DNA from: an uncultured Aliarcobacter sp. | Lineage (GTDB): Bacteria; Campylobacterota; Campylobacteria; Campylobacterales; Arcobacteraceae | Assembly (NCBI GenBank): GCA_963664305.2 | Contig: CAXXLV010000002.1 | Location: 1,120,001 to 1,184,000 of the forward strand | Reading direction: 5' to 3' | Length of the DNA: 64,000 nucleotides | Shown: positions 8,649-19,259 of the stretch, in pieces | How positions within the stretch are numbered: position 1 is the first letter of the stretch | How the letters are laid out: each line of letters begins with the position of its first letter | Made by a program: the position numbers and the translations under genes | The notes under the pieces: model-generated | Told to the model about the DNA's origin: nothing | Databases searched by the model: none | What the model saw: only the letters and a program-made list of their open reading frames with translations

Positions 8649-9110
8649 ATGGCAACAGAAAAAAAAAGAATTATATACGTGGATGCAGGAGAAAATGGAA
8701 ATAAAGAGTTCCAAATTGCATTATATGACCCAGAAATTAATTTAACTTCTGTAATCAAACTAATAAATATAACAAACAATCATATTGCAGAAAAATATGC
8801 TGTTTTAAATGCAATAACTTATATTAAATCTAAAGCTCTTAAAAAAACAGTAATATTATCTGATAATGAGCAAGTTGTAAGAGATTCGCATATTGTAAAA
8901 TTATGTGAAAGATATAAAATAAAAATTTCATGGATTCCAAGAGAGATAAATATAATAGCTGATAAAGTTGCAAAACTTCAACCTACAAAAAAAGATGATA
9001 TGTTTTATACTTTAGAATTTATACATGATTTAATTTATCCACATAAAGTGGAAAATCCACAAGCTAATAAAGAAAAAAAGGGAACTACTTCTAATGAAGC
9101 TAAAAAATAA
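8649..9110 (+). CDS. Stand-alone RNase HI-like (RVT_3-type) protein
   Basis: IYVDAG, NHIAEKYAV, ILSDNE and WIPREINIIADKVAK supply all four RNase H carboxylates. Confidence 0.75.
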   Translation: MATEKKRIIYVDAGENGNKEFQIALYDPEINLTSVIKLINITNNHIAEKYAVLNAITYIKSKALKKTVILSDNEQVVRDSHIVKLCERYKIKISWIPREINIIADKVAKLQPTKKDDMFYTLEFIHDLIYPHKVENPQANKEKKGTTSNEAKK

Positions 9111-9136
9111 AAGACTTTAATAAAAGTCTTTTATTT
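9105..9136. terminator. Bidirectional terminator
   Basis: aaataaaagacttt-aata-aaagtcttttattt between convergent stop codons. Confidence 0.7.
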
Positions 9137-9529
9137 ACACTTCTCATATAAATCTTTCAACTCTAAATTCAAAGCATTTGAAGAGATATAAACTTCCCAT
9201 AAAGATATACACAAAGAAACACACATAGTAATCAAACTCAATCCAAATATTTCTTTTCCAAAATTATGAAATCCTAAAAATAAAGAGAACATTGAAATAG
9301 TACACATAAGCATTGATACTACTCCAAAAAATTGCATCCATTTTGTAAGTTCAAGTCTTTTTTTAAGATTTTCTATTTGTCCAGCCAATTCTTGTCCACC
9401 GTGTTCTCTTGCTTGATGAGAGATTGAACGAATTAATTGTCCTGTTGTTAAAAATCTATTTGTATATGCTAAAAGAAGTAATGAAATAGCTGGGAATAAT
9501 AAAGCAGGTGTTGAAATTTCTATTTCCAT
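9131..9529 (-). CDS. DUF2721-family membrane protein
   Basis: TPALLFPAISLLLLAYTNRF and EVYISSNAL motifs; 3 TM segments. Confidence 0.85.
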   Translation of the reverse strand: MEIEISTPALLFPAISLLLLAYTNRFLTTGQLIRSISHQAREHGGQELAGQIENLKKRLELTKWMQFFGVVSMLMCTISMFSLFLGFHNFGKEIFGLSLITMCVSLCISLWEVYISSNALNLELKDLYEKCK

Positions 9530-9584
9530 TATAAATAACCTTTTGTATTTTTGTGTATTGTAACAAAAAGATAAAAAAAGGAAA

Positions 9585-11861
9585 TTAAACTAGATTTACC
9601 AACTCTTGATACTTAAATTCATCAACTAAATTTTTGATATAAATTTTTAAATCATTTGATAATTCATACTCTTTAAGTAGTTCAAAAATTCCATCATTAT
9701 CCATTAGAAGTGCTTTTTCTTTTAATTTTTCTGCAAACTCTTTTGGTAAAATTTCTAACTCTTTTTTCACATCGATTCTTTTTTCTTTATTTTCATACTC
9801 TAATTCTATATACAAATATTTTTCTAAAATCAATAAAATCTCTGTTTCTTCCACAGGTTTTGCTAAAAAGTCATTTGCTCCATTTTTTAAAGCTTCCTTT
9901 TTATCTTCTTCAAAAACATTGGCTGAAAGTGCAATGATTGGAATATCCTTACCATTTTTTGAAACTCTGATATTTTGCATAGTTTCTAAACCATCCATTC
10001 CTTCCATCAAAATATCCATAAAAATCAAATCTAGTTTTTGACTTCCAAAAACATCTAAAGCTTCTTTCCCACTTGTAGCTTCTAAAGTTTTAAAACCATA
10101 AGAGTTTAAAAGTAAAGTTATCAAATCTCTATTTTCTTTTATATCATCTACAACTAAAATAGTTTTAGTGAAATTTTCATTTTTAATTCCAACTATGTTT
10201 TTTGTATTATTCTCTTTTGAAAGTTCTTCTTCATTTGCTTTTTCATAATTAATACTAAAATAAAATTCACTTCCAACTCCAACTTGACTTTTTAAATAGA
10301 TATTTCCACCCATCAAAGAAACTAACTCTTTTGTAATAGATAATCCTAATCCTGTACCTTGTTGTGTATAATTATCTTGTTTTACTTGTTCAAAAGGTTT
10401 AAAAACTTTTTCAAGATTTGATTTATCTATTCCAATTCCACTATCTTTTACTTCAAAAAATAGTTTTTTATTTAATTCATAAATATACAAAGAAATTTCA
10501 CCTTTATTTGTAAACTTCAAAGAATTTCCTAAAAGATTAATCAAAATTTGTCTTAATCTTTGTTCATCAGCTTTTATATTTTTTGGAAGATTTAAAGTCT
10601 CTATTTTAAATTTTAAGCCTTTATTTTCACATCTAAAAGCAAAAATATCTTCTATCTCTTTTATTAACTCAAATAAATTAAAATTTTTAAGACTTAACTC
10701 CATTTTTCCAGCTTCTATTTTTGATAATTCTAAAATCTCATTTATGATATTTAAAAGATGGTCAGCACTTCTTTTTATGATATTTAAGTTCTCTTTTTCA
10801 ACTGTAGTTGCATTCATTGATTTTTGTAAAATATTTGTAAAACCTAATATGGCATTTAGTGGAGTTCGAAGTTCATGACTCATACGCGCAAGAAAGATTG
10901 ATTTTGCTTTATTTGCTGTTGTTGCTTCTTGCATAGCTTGTTTTATTTGATGTTCACTTGTAAGAAGTTTTTGAGTATTTTCTTTAAAAATCTCAACAGC
11001 ACCTATCATATCCCCTACTTCATCATCAAATTTATTTTTATCTATTTCTACACTCATATCATTTTGTGAAAGTTTTAACATCACTCGTCTTAATAAATCA
11101 ATTGGATAAACAATTCTAAATAAAATTATAAAAAATGACATCAAAAAGAAAACTATTGAAAATAAAACTATCACATTTACATAAAACTCCAACTCTTTTA
11201 CTGTTGCTCTTGCTTCATCAACTTTTTGTTTTGTTCTATTTTCAAAAGCTCTATAAAATCTATCTAAAGGTTCCATAATCCTAATTTTTGCTTCATGATA
11301 CTCTTTTGAATGCATCAATTCTCTTGCAAGTGCAAAATCTGGTTCACCTTTTATTGTGTAATTTCCATCTTTATCTAAAAATTTACCTTTTATCGCATTC
11401 ATTGCTTTATGTTCAAGTTTTGTTAAATCATCTGATTCATTTTGAGAAGTAAAAAGCATATTTAGTTCTGATTCAGGGAAATTTGCATTTTTCATCAACT
11501 CTCGAAGAGGTATTTTTTCTCCATCTAGTTGTGGAGTACTTCCATCAATTGATAAAAAATCCCAAAAAATTCCATTGTATCTTTTAGGTCTTGGTAACTC
11601 TCCATTTCGTATAGCCAAAACTGTTTTATACTGCTCTTCATACATAGAATTTCCAGTTATTACATATGTTCGTGCCATTCTTGTCAAGTCATCACTACTT
11701 TGTCGTAACTCATCTGCTAAAATCAAAGATTTATATTGCATGTTATATGCATCTTCAAGATTTATAGTTGATTTTTGGTATTTATTTATCACAACTGCAA
11801 CACTTATAAAAGAGACTGTATTTAAAATAAACAGCAACATAAAAAGTTTTTTTAATTTCAA
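9585..11861 (-). CDS. Hybrid sensor histidine kinase (periplasmic sensor, HAMP, HisKA, HATPase, REC)
   Basis: FLARMSHELRTPLN, NLLGNSLKFT, DSGIG, GTGLGL, receiver VVDD...FMDI...KP. Start reassigned to TTG 11861 (AGGA SD). Confidence 0.92.
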   Translation of the reverse strand: MKLKKLFMLLFILNTVSFISVAVVINKYQKSTINLEDAYNMQYKSLILADELRQSSDDLTRMARTYVITGNSMYEEQYKTVLAIRNGELPRPKRYNGIFWDFLSIDGSTPQLDGEKIPLRELMKNANFPESELNMLFTSQNESDDLTKLEHKAMNAIKGKFLDKDGNYTIKGEPDFALARELMHSKEYHEAKIRIMEPLDRFYRAFENRTKQKVDEARATVKELEFYVNVIVLFSIVFFLMSFFIILFRIVYPIDLLRRVMLKLSQNDMSVEIDKNKFDDEVGDMIGAVEIFKENTQKLLTSEHQIKQAMQEATTANKAKSIFLARMSHELRTPLNAILGFTNILQKSMNATTVEKENLNIIKRSADHLLNIINEILELSKIEAGKMELSLKNFNLFELIKEIEDIFAFRCENKGLKFKIETLNLPKNIKADEQRLRQILINLLGNSLKFTNKGEISLYIYELNKKLFFEVKDSGIGIDKSNLEKVFKPFEQVKQDNYTQQGTGLGLSITKELVSLMGGNIYLKSQVGVGSEFYFSINYEKANEEELSKENNTKNIVGIKNENFTKTILVVDDIKENRDLITLLLNSYGFKTLEATSGKEALDVFGSQKLDLIFMDILMEGMDGLETMQNIRVSKNGKDIPIIALSANVFEEDKKEALKNGANDFLAKPVEETEILLILEKYLYIELEYENKEKRIDVKKELEILPKEFAEKLKEKALLMDNDGIFELLKEYELSNDLKIYIKNLVDEFKYQELVNLV

Positions 11862-11926
11862 ACAAAATCCTAAAGAGTTTTTTCCTATAATCTTAACAAA
11901 TATGAATTTGTAAAAAGAATAACTAA

Positions 11927-12985
11927 ATGGATAAAAACTATACAATACTGATAATAGATGACAAATCAGAAAACTTACACTACTTAAATACTATTTTAAA
12001 AGAAGAAAATTTTTTAATACGAGCAACAACTGATGCAAACTTTGCTATAAACTCTTCAAGGTTAAATCCACCAGATTTAATACTTTTAGATATAAAAATG
12101 CCAAATATCAGTGGCTTTGAAGTTTGTAAAATATTAAAAGAAGACGAAGTTTTAAAAGAGATTCCTATTATATTTATAAGTGCTTTAGATGATACTCAAA
12201 GTAAAGTAAAAGCTCTAAATGAAGGTGGTGTTGATTATATAACTAAACCTTTTGAAAAAGAAGAAGTAATTGCTAGAGTTAAAACTCAACTTAAAATATT
12301 TGAAAGTAAAAATACTATTTCAAAACTACTTCAACAACAAGATTTTTTCCTAAAAAAAATAATCCATGAGATGAATACACCTTTAAGTATCATTGGTTTA
12401 AATATTGACAATTTAGAATCAACTTTAGGATATAAAGAACAATTTGAAGCTATAAAAGCTTCATCAAAATCTCTTTCTTCTATTTACAATGATTTATATT
12501 ACTTAACTAAAAAAGAAAAAAGAATTATTGAAGAAAAAAGTATAAATTTAGTGCGATTTTTATCTTCAAGAGTTGCTTTTTTTGATGAAATGGCGAATAT
12601 AAAAAATATTGATATAGCTTTGGATATTCATAAAGAATTTGATGTTTTTATGGATTCTTATGAACTTGAAAGGGTTATTGATAACACAATTTCAAATGCA
12701 ATTAAATACTCTTTTGAAGACTCAACAATAGAGATAACTTTAGATAAAGAAGATGAAAACTATATCCTTTCAATAAAAGATGAAGGAATAGGAATAACTG
12801 ATACAAAAGCCGTTTTTCAAGCCTACTATCAACAAAAAGATAAAAATATTGGTTTAGGATTAGGACTTAGTATTGTAAAAGAGATTTGTGACAAAAATGA
12901 AATAAAAATAGAACTAAGTTCACAAAAAAACAACACTGTTTTTAAATATATTTTTCCACAAAACAGAGTTATAAAAGGAGATTAA
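11927..12985 (+). CDS. Soluble receiver-histidine kinase hybrid (REC-HisKA-HATPase)
   Basis: IIDD...LLDIKMP...KPF, followed by IHEMNTPL, NAIKYS, DEGIG and GLGLGL. Confidence 0.9.
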   Translation: MDKNYTILIIDDKSENLHYLNTILKEENFLIRATTDANFAINSSRLNPPDLILLDIKMPNISGFEVCKILKEDEVLKEIPIIFISALDDTQSKVKALNEGGVDYITKPFEKEEVIARVKTQLKIFESKNTISKLLQQQDFFLKKIIHEMNTPLSIIGLNIDNLESTLGYKEQFEAIKASSKSLSSIYNDLYYLTKKEKRIIEEKSINLVRFLSSRVAFFDEMANIKNIDIALDIHKEFDVFMDSYELERVIDNTISNAIKYSFEDSTIEITLDKEDENYILSIKDEGIGITDTKAVFQAYYQQKDKNIGLGLGLSIVKEICDKNEIKIELSSQKNNTVFKYIFPQNRVIKGD

Positions 12986-12988
12986 TTT

Positions 12989-13651
12989 ATGAAAATATTT
13001 TTACTTGAAGATGATTTTGCTTTAAATAAAATCATAAAACAATCTTTACAAAATCGAGGTTTTTATGTGGATAGTTTTACAGATGGATATAAAGCAATAG
13101 AATTTATCTCAAATAGTAAATATGATTTATATATTTTAGATTTAAATGTTTTGGGATTTGATGGACATAAAGTTTTAGAATTTATTAGAAATGATGATTT
13201 AAATGTTCCAATTATTATGATAAGTGCAGAAATTGATATTGAAAACATCAAAAAATCTTACACTTTAGGTTGTAATGACTATATAAAAAAACCTTTTGAT
13301 TTTGAAGAACTATTTTTACGAATTCAATATCATTTAAGTCACATAAAAAAAGATGAAAATAGCGATTTTATAGTTGATTTAGGATATGACTTTTCATTTA
13401 ATTTAATGGAGCAAACTCTTTTTAAATCAAAATTTGAAATAGAACTAACAAACAAAGAAAAACTTCTTTTAACTCTTTTAGTAAAAAACATAAACAACAC
13501 TGTTACAAATGAAATGATTCACGAATATGTTTGGGATAGTAAAGAAATGGAAACTGTAAGTATGAGAACTATTGTTCATAAACTCAAAAAAAAGCTAAAA
13601 AATGGAATGATTTTAAACTTAAGAGGAGTTGGCTATAAACTTATAAAATAG
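12989..13651 (+). CDS. OmpR/PhoB-family response regulator
   Basis: LLEDD, ILD, KPF; C-terminal wHTH 'LKKKL...NLRGVGYKL'. Confidence 0.93.
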   Translation: MKIFLLEDDFALNKIIKQSLQNRGFYVDSFTDGYKAIEFISNSKYDLYILDLNVLGFDGHKVLEFIRNDDLNVPIIMISAEIDIENIKKSYTLGCNDYIKKPFDFEELFLRIQYHLSHIKKDENSDFIVDLGYDFSFNLMEQTLFKSKFEIELTNKEKLLLTLLVKNINNTVTNEMIHEYVWDSKEMETVSMRTIVHKLKKKLKNGMILNLRGVGYKLIK

Positions 13652-13663
13652 CCAACATTTCTT

Positions 13664-14359
13664 TTATTTAATTGCACCTAATTTTTGAAGATTTGAAAGT
13701 GAAATTAAGTGAGCTGTAATTAATGAATAAGCATTTTTTGCACAAATATCATCTTTTTTCTTTTTACTTAAATGTTTTAATTTTTCTTCATTTACTACAA
13801 AAAAACCATTTAAACTAAATTTTTCACCTTTTGTATTTACAACTGTTGCAATTTTTTCTTCTAAAAGTTCCCACTCTTCAAGTTGTTTTATAAATTGAGT
13901 TGTTGAAACAGAATCTGCATAATATTGATTTAAAAAGTTTAAAGCACTATTTAAAAATTCGCTATTATTTCCTTCTTCATCAAACAGTTTTTTAGCACCC
14001 TCTTTTTCAGTTAAGTACTCACCTTCAATAGCAATTACTAAATCTTTTTGATTTTCTTTATTTACTAAAATAAATGGATAACTTCTTACAAATGCTGGAA
14101 TATAGTGTAATTCTTTCCAGTTTCCTTTTTTATCAATAAAAAGATTTTCACCTTGTTTATATCCTAATAAAACAGATGCAAACCAATTATTGTCTTTATC
14201 TTTTGCAAAAAATATAGGATAATTTTTACAAGCTTCAAAAAACTCTGATATTGCAACAGGAGCATTAATCAGTTCTTTTGAATAAGAAAAATTTGTTACT
14301 TCTTCTATTCCTTTATTTTTATGTTGAATTTTATTTAATACTTCTAATTTCTTAAACAC
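13664..14359 (-). CDS. sapC: SapC family protein
   Basis: EFFEACKNYPIFF, GENLF, YIPAFVRSYPF, GFFVVNEEKL, AHLISLSNL. Confidence 0.88.
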   Translation of the reverse strand: MFKKLEVLNKIQHKNKGIEEVTNFSYSKELINAPVAISEFFEACKNYPIFFAKDKDNNWFASVLLGYKQGENLFIDKKGNWKELHYIPAFVRSYPFILVNKENQKDLVIAIEGEYLTEKEGAKKLFDEEGNNSEFLNSALNFLNQYYADSVSTTQFIKQLEEWELLEEKIATVVNTKGEKFSLNGFFVVNEEKLKHLSKKKKDDICAKNAYSLITAHLISLSNLQKLGAIK

Positions 14360-14468
14360 TTTTTTCCCTTTTTTTGATTTGATTTTATTCTAGCAAATTA
14401 TTGAAAAAGATTTATATGATATATGTATAAAAATAGATTAAATTAGAAAAATATAGGAGAAGGAAAGC

Positions 14469-16487
14469 CTAGAAGCTTTCCCACTCATCGTCATTTGATT
14501 TTGTTGATGTGATTACTTTTGTATCTTTTTTTGGTGATACTGTTTGACTATACGGTTTTGGTGCTGTCTTTTTTACTGGTGTTATATGTATCTCTTTTGG
14601 TGTACTTCTTAGATTCATATCTTTCGCTTTTACTTCATTTTTCCCTACAAACTCTTTTGCATTTGCATCATTAATTATTAGTTTCGCTATTTCATCTGTT
14701 ACTGTTGCTACTGTTTGTGTTTGATTTGCTATTGCTGCATTTTGTTGTGTTTGTTGGTCTAATTGATTTACTGCATCATTTATTTGTTCTATTCCTGATA
14801 GTTGCTCTTTACTTGACATTTCGATATCTTGAATTAAATTTATTGTATTTGTAATATTTTGATTTAACTCTTTATATCCATCTATCATATTATTTGCAAT
14901 ATCTTTTCCTTGATTTGCTTTACTTGTTGCATTTTCTACGATTGCTTTTATCTCTTTTGCTGCTTCTGCACTTCGTGACGCTAGGTTTCGCACTTCTTGT
15001 GCAACTACTGCAAATCCTTTTCCAGCTTCACCAGCAGTTGCAGCTTCAACTGCTGCGTTTAGTGAGAGAATATTTGTTTGGAATGCAATTTGGTCAATTA
15101 CACTTATAGCTTCATTGATTAGATTTACTTGATTATTTATTTCATCCATTGCTTGTGTTGTTTGATTTGCTAATTTTTCACCATCATTTGCAGATTTTGT
15201 TACTTCATTTGAATAAGTTGCCATTTTTGCAATATTTTGCGTATTATTTCTTATATTTGAAGTTATCTCTTCAAGTGCTGCTGCTGTCTCTTCTAAACTT
15301 GCTGCTGCTTCATTTGAACTCATATTTAACTTATCCACATTTGCTAATAAAATATTTGAACTCTCATTTAACGTTAATCCATTTGTTTTATTATCTACTA
15401 GCATTTGGTTGATTGTATCTGCTAAAGAATTTATTCCAACTGCTATATTCCCTTTATCTTCTATTCTTCCTCTAAAATCTAATTTTGAATAAGCTTCTAA
15501 TACTTTTAATACTTTATTTATATCTTCACACACACTATTTTTTGTGGCTTCTAACATTTCATTTAAAATATTTTTCAACTCTTCAAGATTTTCATTCTCT
15601 GTATTTTTCTCTACTTTTTTAGTAAATCTTCCTTCTTTTACTTCATTTACTACTCTTTTTACATCTTCTATCAAAATATTATCTTGTATGATTAGATTCT
15701 CTGTTTTTTTAATATTTTGGTTAATAAATTCACCAATACGTGCAATTTCATCTTTTGATGATGTATCAATTAAAACTGCATTTTTTGTCTCTTTATTTAA
15801 AAAACTGAAAAAATCTAACAATCCACTTTGTAATTTTTTAATTGAATTATTAAAAGTTTTACCAATTGAGAAAGAGAAAAATAGAGTTAATATAATTGTC
15901 AAAATTGTAATTATCACAAAAGTATATAATGATGAAGAAATCGAATTATTTACTTCTACTTTATTCTCATCAACAAGTTTATAAGTTTCTTCACTAAAAA
16001 AATCTATTAAATCTCTCATAGATTCATAATCTTTTAAATATGTAGAAAAATAAAAGTTTTTTGCCTCTTCATTATTATCTTCTTTAACATATTTAATCAA
16101 AGTTTCTGTATTACTTTTTGTTAAAGCATAATATTTATCAAACTCTTGAAACTCTTTTGATTTAGAAGATAGACTATCTTCAATAAATGATTTAAATTTA
16201 TCAAATCTTTGTCTTATTTGTAATAGATTATCATTTACACCTTTATTTATCAATTTATCAATTTTCTCTTTATCTTTTAAACTAATTATTTGACTTAAAG
16301 CTAAATTTGATTGATAAGAGTCTCTATCTGCTTCTAATAAAACTGTTATTCCTGCAAAATTTTTATCTGCTAAATTATTAACATTACCATCTATATTTTT
16401 TATATTAAAAGATACAAGTAAACTACTAATAATTGAAACCGCAACTAATATTAAAAACGAGCCAATTATTTTATTTTTTATACTCAT
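14469..16487 (-). CDS. Methyl-accepting chemotaxis protein (4HB sensor) with C-terminal pentapeptide EWESF
   Basis: Two TMs, [37 protein letters not shown], and a flexible tail ending DDEWESF. Confidence 0.95.
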   Translation of the reverse strand: MSIKNKIIGSFLILVAVSIISSLLVSFNIKNIDGNVNNLADKNFAGITVLLEADRDSYQSNLALSQIISLKDKEKIDKLINKGVNDNLLQIRQRFDKFKSFIEDSLSSKSKEFQEFDKYYALTKSNTETLIKYVKEDNNEEAKNFYFSTYLKDYESMRDLIDFFSEETYKLVDENKVEVNNSISSSLYTFVIITILTIILTLFFSFSIGKTFNNSIKKLQSGLLDFFSFLNKETKNAVLIDTSSKDEIARIGEFINQNIKKTENLIIQDNILIEDVKRVVNEVKEGRFTKKVEKNTENENLEELKNILNEMLEATKNSVCEDINKVLKVLEAYSKLDFRGRIEDKGNIAVGINSLADTINQMLVDNKTNGLTLNESSNILLANVDKLNMSSNEAAASLEETAAALEEITSNIRNNTQNIAKMATYSNEVTKSANDGEKLANQTTQAMDEINNQVNLINEAISVIDQIAFQTNILSLNAAVEAATAGEAGKGFAVVAQEVRNLASRSAEAAKEIKAIVENATSKANQGKDIANNMIDGYKELNQNITNTINLIQDIEMSSKEQLSGIEQINDAVNQLDQQTQQNAAIANQTQTVATVTDEIAKLIINDANAKEFVGKNEVKAKDMNLRSTPKEIHITPVKKTAPKPYSQTVSPKKDTKVITSTKSNDDEWESF

Positions 16488-16604
16488 AGGACACCCCTTT
16501 TAGAAATCTATCTATTATTTAAATTTATAGTAGATTTTTATATAACTGTATACTTCTTTTATAATAGTACTAATAAATAATATTATAAAAGTATCATTTA
16601 CAAA

Positions 16605-18578
16605 TTAATCTCTAAAAGTTCTTTCCAATATTTCCAATTGACTTTGAGTTCTCTCAATAATATCAATACTATGAACTAACTGATCAAAATTCATTTTTTT
16701 GTTTTCAATAAAACTATTGCTATGAGTTGAGTTTTTATGGATTTTTTCAATTGATTCATTTATTATTTCCATATCAGATGAAACACCTGATAATTTTTCA
16801 CTTGCTCCTGAAATATCAGTTGAAATTAAATTCACATTTTTAATAGTTGTATCAACAGAATGATTACTATCACTTAAACTTGTTTGTGTTTTTGCAGCTA
16901 GTTTTTTTACCTCATCAGCAACAACTTTAAATCCATTTCCAAACTCACCTGCTCTTGATGCTTCAATTGCTGCATTTAAAGCTAATAAATTTGTTTGAAT
17001 TGCAATACTTGAAATAGAAGATAATACTTGTTTTATATCAGAAGCATTTTTTGTCAAACTTTGCATTTTAGAAACTAATTGAGAATTTATTTCAACATTA
17101 CTCAAAATATCACCTGAGAATTTTTCAAATTTTTTAGTCATTTCAGTAATTAGTTTATTATTTTCAGCTGTATCAACATAAACTTGATTTAAAATCGTCA
17201 CCATATCTTTGATTAATGGGAAAGCCTCTTTTAGACTATTAATTACAGCTGTTCTAATTCTTGCAATTAGTTGATATTTGTGGATTTCTCTTTGGGCAAA
17301 ATATGTGCTAAATTTTGCATATTTATGTACAAAATTATTTACATACTCATCATAAAAATCATTTTCATTTTCTACTTCATAGAAAAACAGAGCTGTAAGA
17401 GTTTGATTGATATTTAAACCTAATAATTCACCAAAAGTTGAAAATCCAGCCAATGGAATGTCATTGAATGTTTTTAAAGATTGAAGATTTTTTGAATTTA
17501 ATAATCTTCTTAAAATACAGTCATTTAATATTCCACCAATTGGTTTTGATTTTTTTCTTGCAGAAAAATTTCTAAAATCATGGTCAGTTTGAGAAACAAA
17601 CTCTTTGTTTTTAACCAAATATAATAAATCACCAAAAGAGATATCACAGAAAAATGAAATTGATTTTTTTTCAATATCCACATTTGAAACAGACCTAATA
17701 TATAACTCACCATCAACTTCAATAGCAAAAGTATAATCAGCTAATACAGTTTTTAAATCTTCCAAAGAACAATTTAAGTGATGACATAAAGCATCAACAA
17801 AATTTACTATTCTATTTCCTTTAGAGTTTAAAACACTTTGAACACTTCTATTAAGCATATTTGATTGAGCAACTAAAAAACTCAAATTTGTTTTTTCACA
17901 ACTTTGAGATTTAAATACTCCATATTTAATATTTTGTTTTAATTTTGTTAGGATTATAACTGCACTATGTCTAATCTTTTGTTGATTATTAAATAAAAAT
18001 GTCTCTTTAAAATCAAACTTTCCACCAGCACTTCCACCAATAATTAAACAAGGAAGTTTTCCACTTTCATATATTGCTTCTGTTAAAAAACTTTCACTAT
18101 TTGATAAACCATCAACAAAAGTTAAAGCATAACAATTTTCATGATTGATTTTAAAAGGAATGTGTTGTTTATTAATCTCATTTTTTATTATTTCAATTCT
18201 TTCTTTATGAGATATTGTTTGAGTTGTTATATTTTCGCTATGTAAAGGAATAGTTAATATTTCTACTTCATCTATCATTTCATCACTAAATGCTTGTAAT
18301 ACAATATTATCCCATGTAGAACTCGCATCATTATAAATATAATCTCTTTTTTGTTCTAGGTTAAAAGTACAAAGTTCTCCTGCTGTTGTAGTTAAAATAA
18401 CTTTTACATTTGGTGAAAATGAAGATTTGATTTTTCTTGATACATTATCAAAATCAATGTGTGGAGATAAAAAACCAACTACTAATTTAGGATTAAACTC
18501 TTCAATCAATGAATTTAAATCTTTTTCTAAATTTTGTTCTTTTGTATCTACAATACGAATATAACTATTTTTATTCAT
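16605..18578 (-). CDS. Soluble FIST (NosP-like) domain chemoreceptor
   Basis: TTTAGE, FVDGLS, IGGSAG, DCILRR and GFSTFGE...NQT (FIST N/C), followed by [21 protein letters not shown]; no TM. Confidence 0.88.
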   Translation of the reverse strand: MNKNSYIRIVDTKEQNLEKDLNSLIEEFNPKLVVGFLSPHIDFDNVSRKIKSSFSPNVKVILTTTAGELCTFNLEQKRDYIYNDASSTWDNIVLQAFSDEMIDEVEILTIPLHSENITTQTISHKERIEIIKNEINKQHIPFKINHENCYALTFVDGLSNSESFLTEAIYESGKLPCLIIGGSAGGKFDFKETFLFNNQQKIRHSAVIILTKLKQNIKYGVFKSQSCEKTNLSFLVAQSNMLNRSVQSVLNSKGNRIVNFVDALCHHLNCSLEDLKTVLADYTFAIEVDGELYIRSVSNVDIEKKSISFFCDISFGDLLYLVKNKEFVSQTDHDFRNFSARKKSKPIGGILNDCILRRLLNSKNLQSLKTFNDIPLAGFSTFGELLGLNINQTLTALFFYEVENENDFYDEYVNNFVHKYAKFSTYFAQREIHKYQLIARIRTAVINSLKEAFPLIKDMVTILNQVYVDTAENNKLITEMTKKFEKFSGDILSNVEINSQLVSKMQSLTKNASDIKQVLSSISSIAIQTNLLALNAAIEASRAGEFGNGFKVVADEVKKLAAKTQTSLSDSNHSVDTTIKNVNLISTDISGASEKLSGVSSDMEIINESIEKIHKNSTHSNSFIENKKMNFDQLVHSIDIIERTQSQLEILERTFRD

Positions 18579-18705
18579 AACTATCCTTATAGAATTTTAT
18601 GAAATAATATCAAACAAATATAGCGTAAATATATCATTATATTAAATAAAGATAAATAGGATAAAATTTCTCTTAGATAAAATAAGATTAAATAAAGGAA
18701 TTATA

Positions 18706-19248
18706 ATGATAAAAAAGATACTACTTTTAATTTTGCTGATTTTTAGTTCATTATTTTCAAAGGAGAACAATATGAGTATTTATGATTTTAATGTAAAAAC
18801 AATTGACGGTAAAGAGATTTCAATGTCAAAATATAAAGGAAAAGTTCTTTTAATCGTAAATGTTGCAAGTAAATGTGGGTTTACAGGTCAATATGAAGGA
18901 TTAGAAACTCTTTTTGAAAAATATAAAAACAAAGATTTTATGGTTTTAGGATTTCCTTCAAATCAATTTGCAAATCAAGAACCTGAATCAAATGAAAAAA
19001 TCAAAGAGTTTTGTAGTTTAACTTATGATGTAAAATTTGATATGTTTGCAAAAATAGATGTAAATGGGAAAAATGAATCTCCTTTATATACTTTTTTAAA
19101 AAATGAACAAAAAGGAATTTTGGGAACAAAAGATATAAAATGGAACTTTACAAAATTTTTAGTTGATAAAGATGGAAATATTGTAAATAGATACGGAAGT
19201 TCTACAACTCCAGAATCAATAGAAAAAGATATATTAAATCTTTTATAA
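18706..19248 (+). CDS. Glutathione peroxidase (BtuE/Gpx family, Cys-type) with signal peptide; second in-frame start at 18772
   Basis: VNVASKCGFT, VLGFPSNQF, IKWNFTKFLVD. Confidence 0.94.
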   Translation: MIKKILLLILLIFSSLFSKENNMSIYDFNVKTIDGKEISMSKYKGKVLLIVNVASKCGFTGQYEGLETLFEKYKNKDFMVLGFPSNQFANQEPESNEKIKEFCSLTYDVKFDMFAKIDVNGKNESPLYTFLKNEQKGILGTKDIKWNFTKFLVDKDGNIVNRYGSSTTPESIEKDILNLL

Positions 19249-19259
19249 AAGGATAAAAA

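Noticed and set aside
7730..8670. Poly-A tracts in ccdA and the RNase H-like gene as phase-variation sites
   Set aside because: A-runs are ubiquitous in this AT-rich DNA, both frames are intact, and no long poly-G/C tracts were seen.
8649..9110. RNase H-like gene as part of a retron or other RT element
   Set aside because: No reverse transcriptase (YADD-type motif), integrase or ncRNA scaffold is visible nearby.
11862..11945. N-terminal extensions in the ORF track (kinase 11945, ccdA 7565, rpsJ 49168, truD 60119, rplX 43939, infA 38733, HTH 38070)
   Set aside because: Downstream starts have SD sequences or match family N-termini, and several extensions overlap neighbouring genes or promoters.
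14880..15320. DNA similarity between MCP signalling regions (here and about 57500-58100)
   Set aside because: Expected paralogue conservation of the MCP hairpin, not a mobile repeat.
18860..18890. Selenocysteine in glutathione peroxidase
   Set aside because: The active-site codon is TGT (Cys); there is no in-frame TGA.
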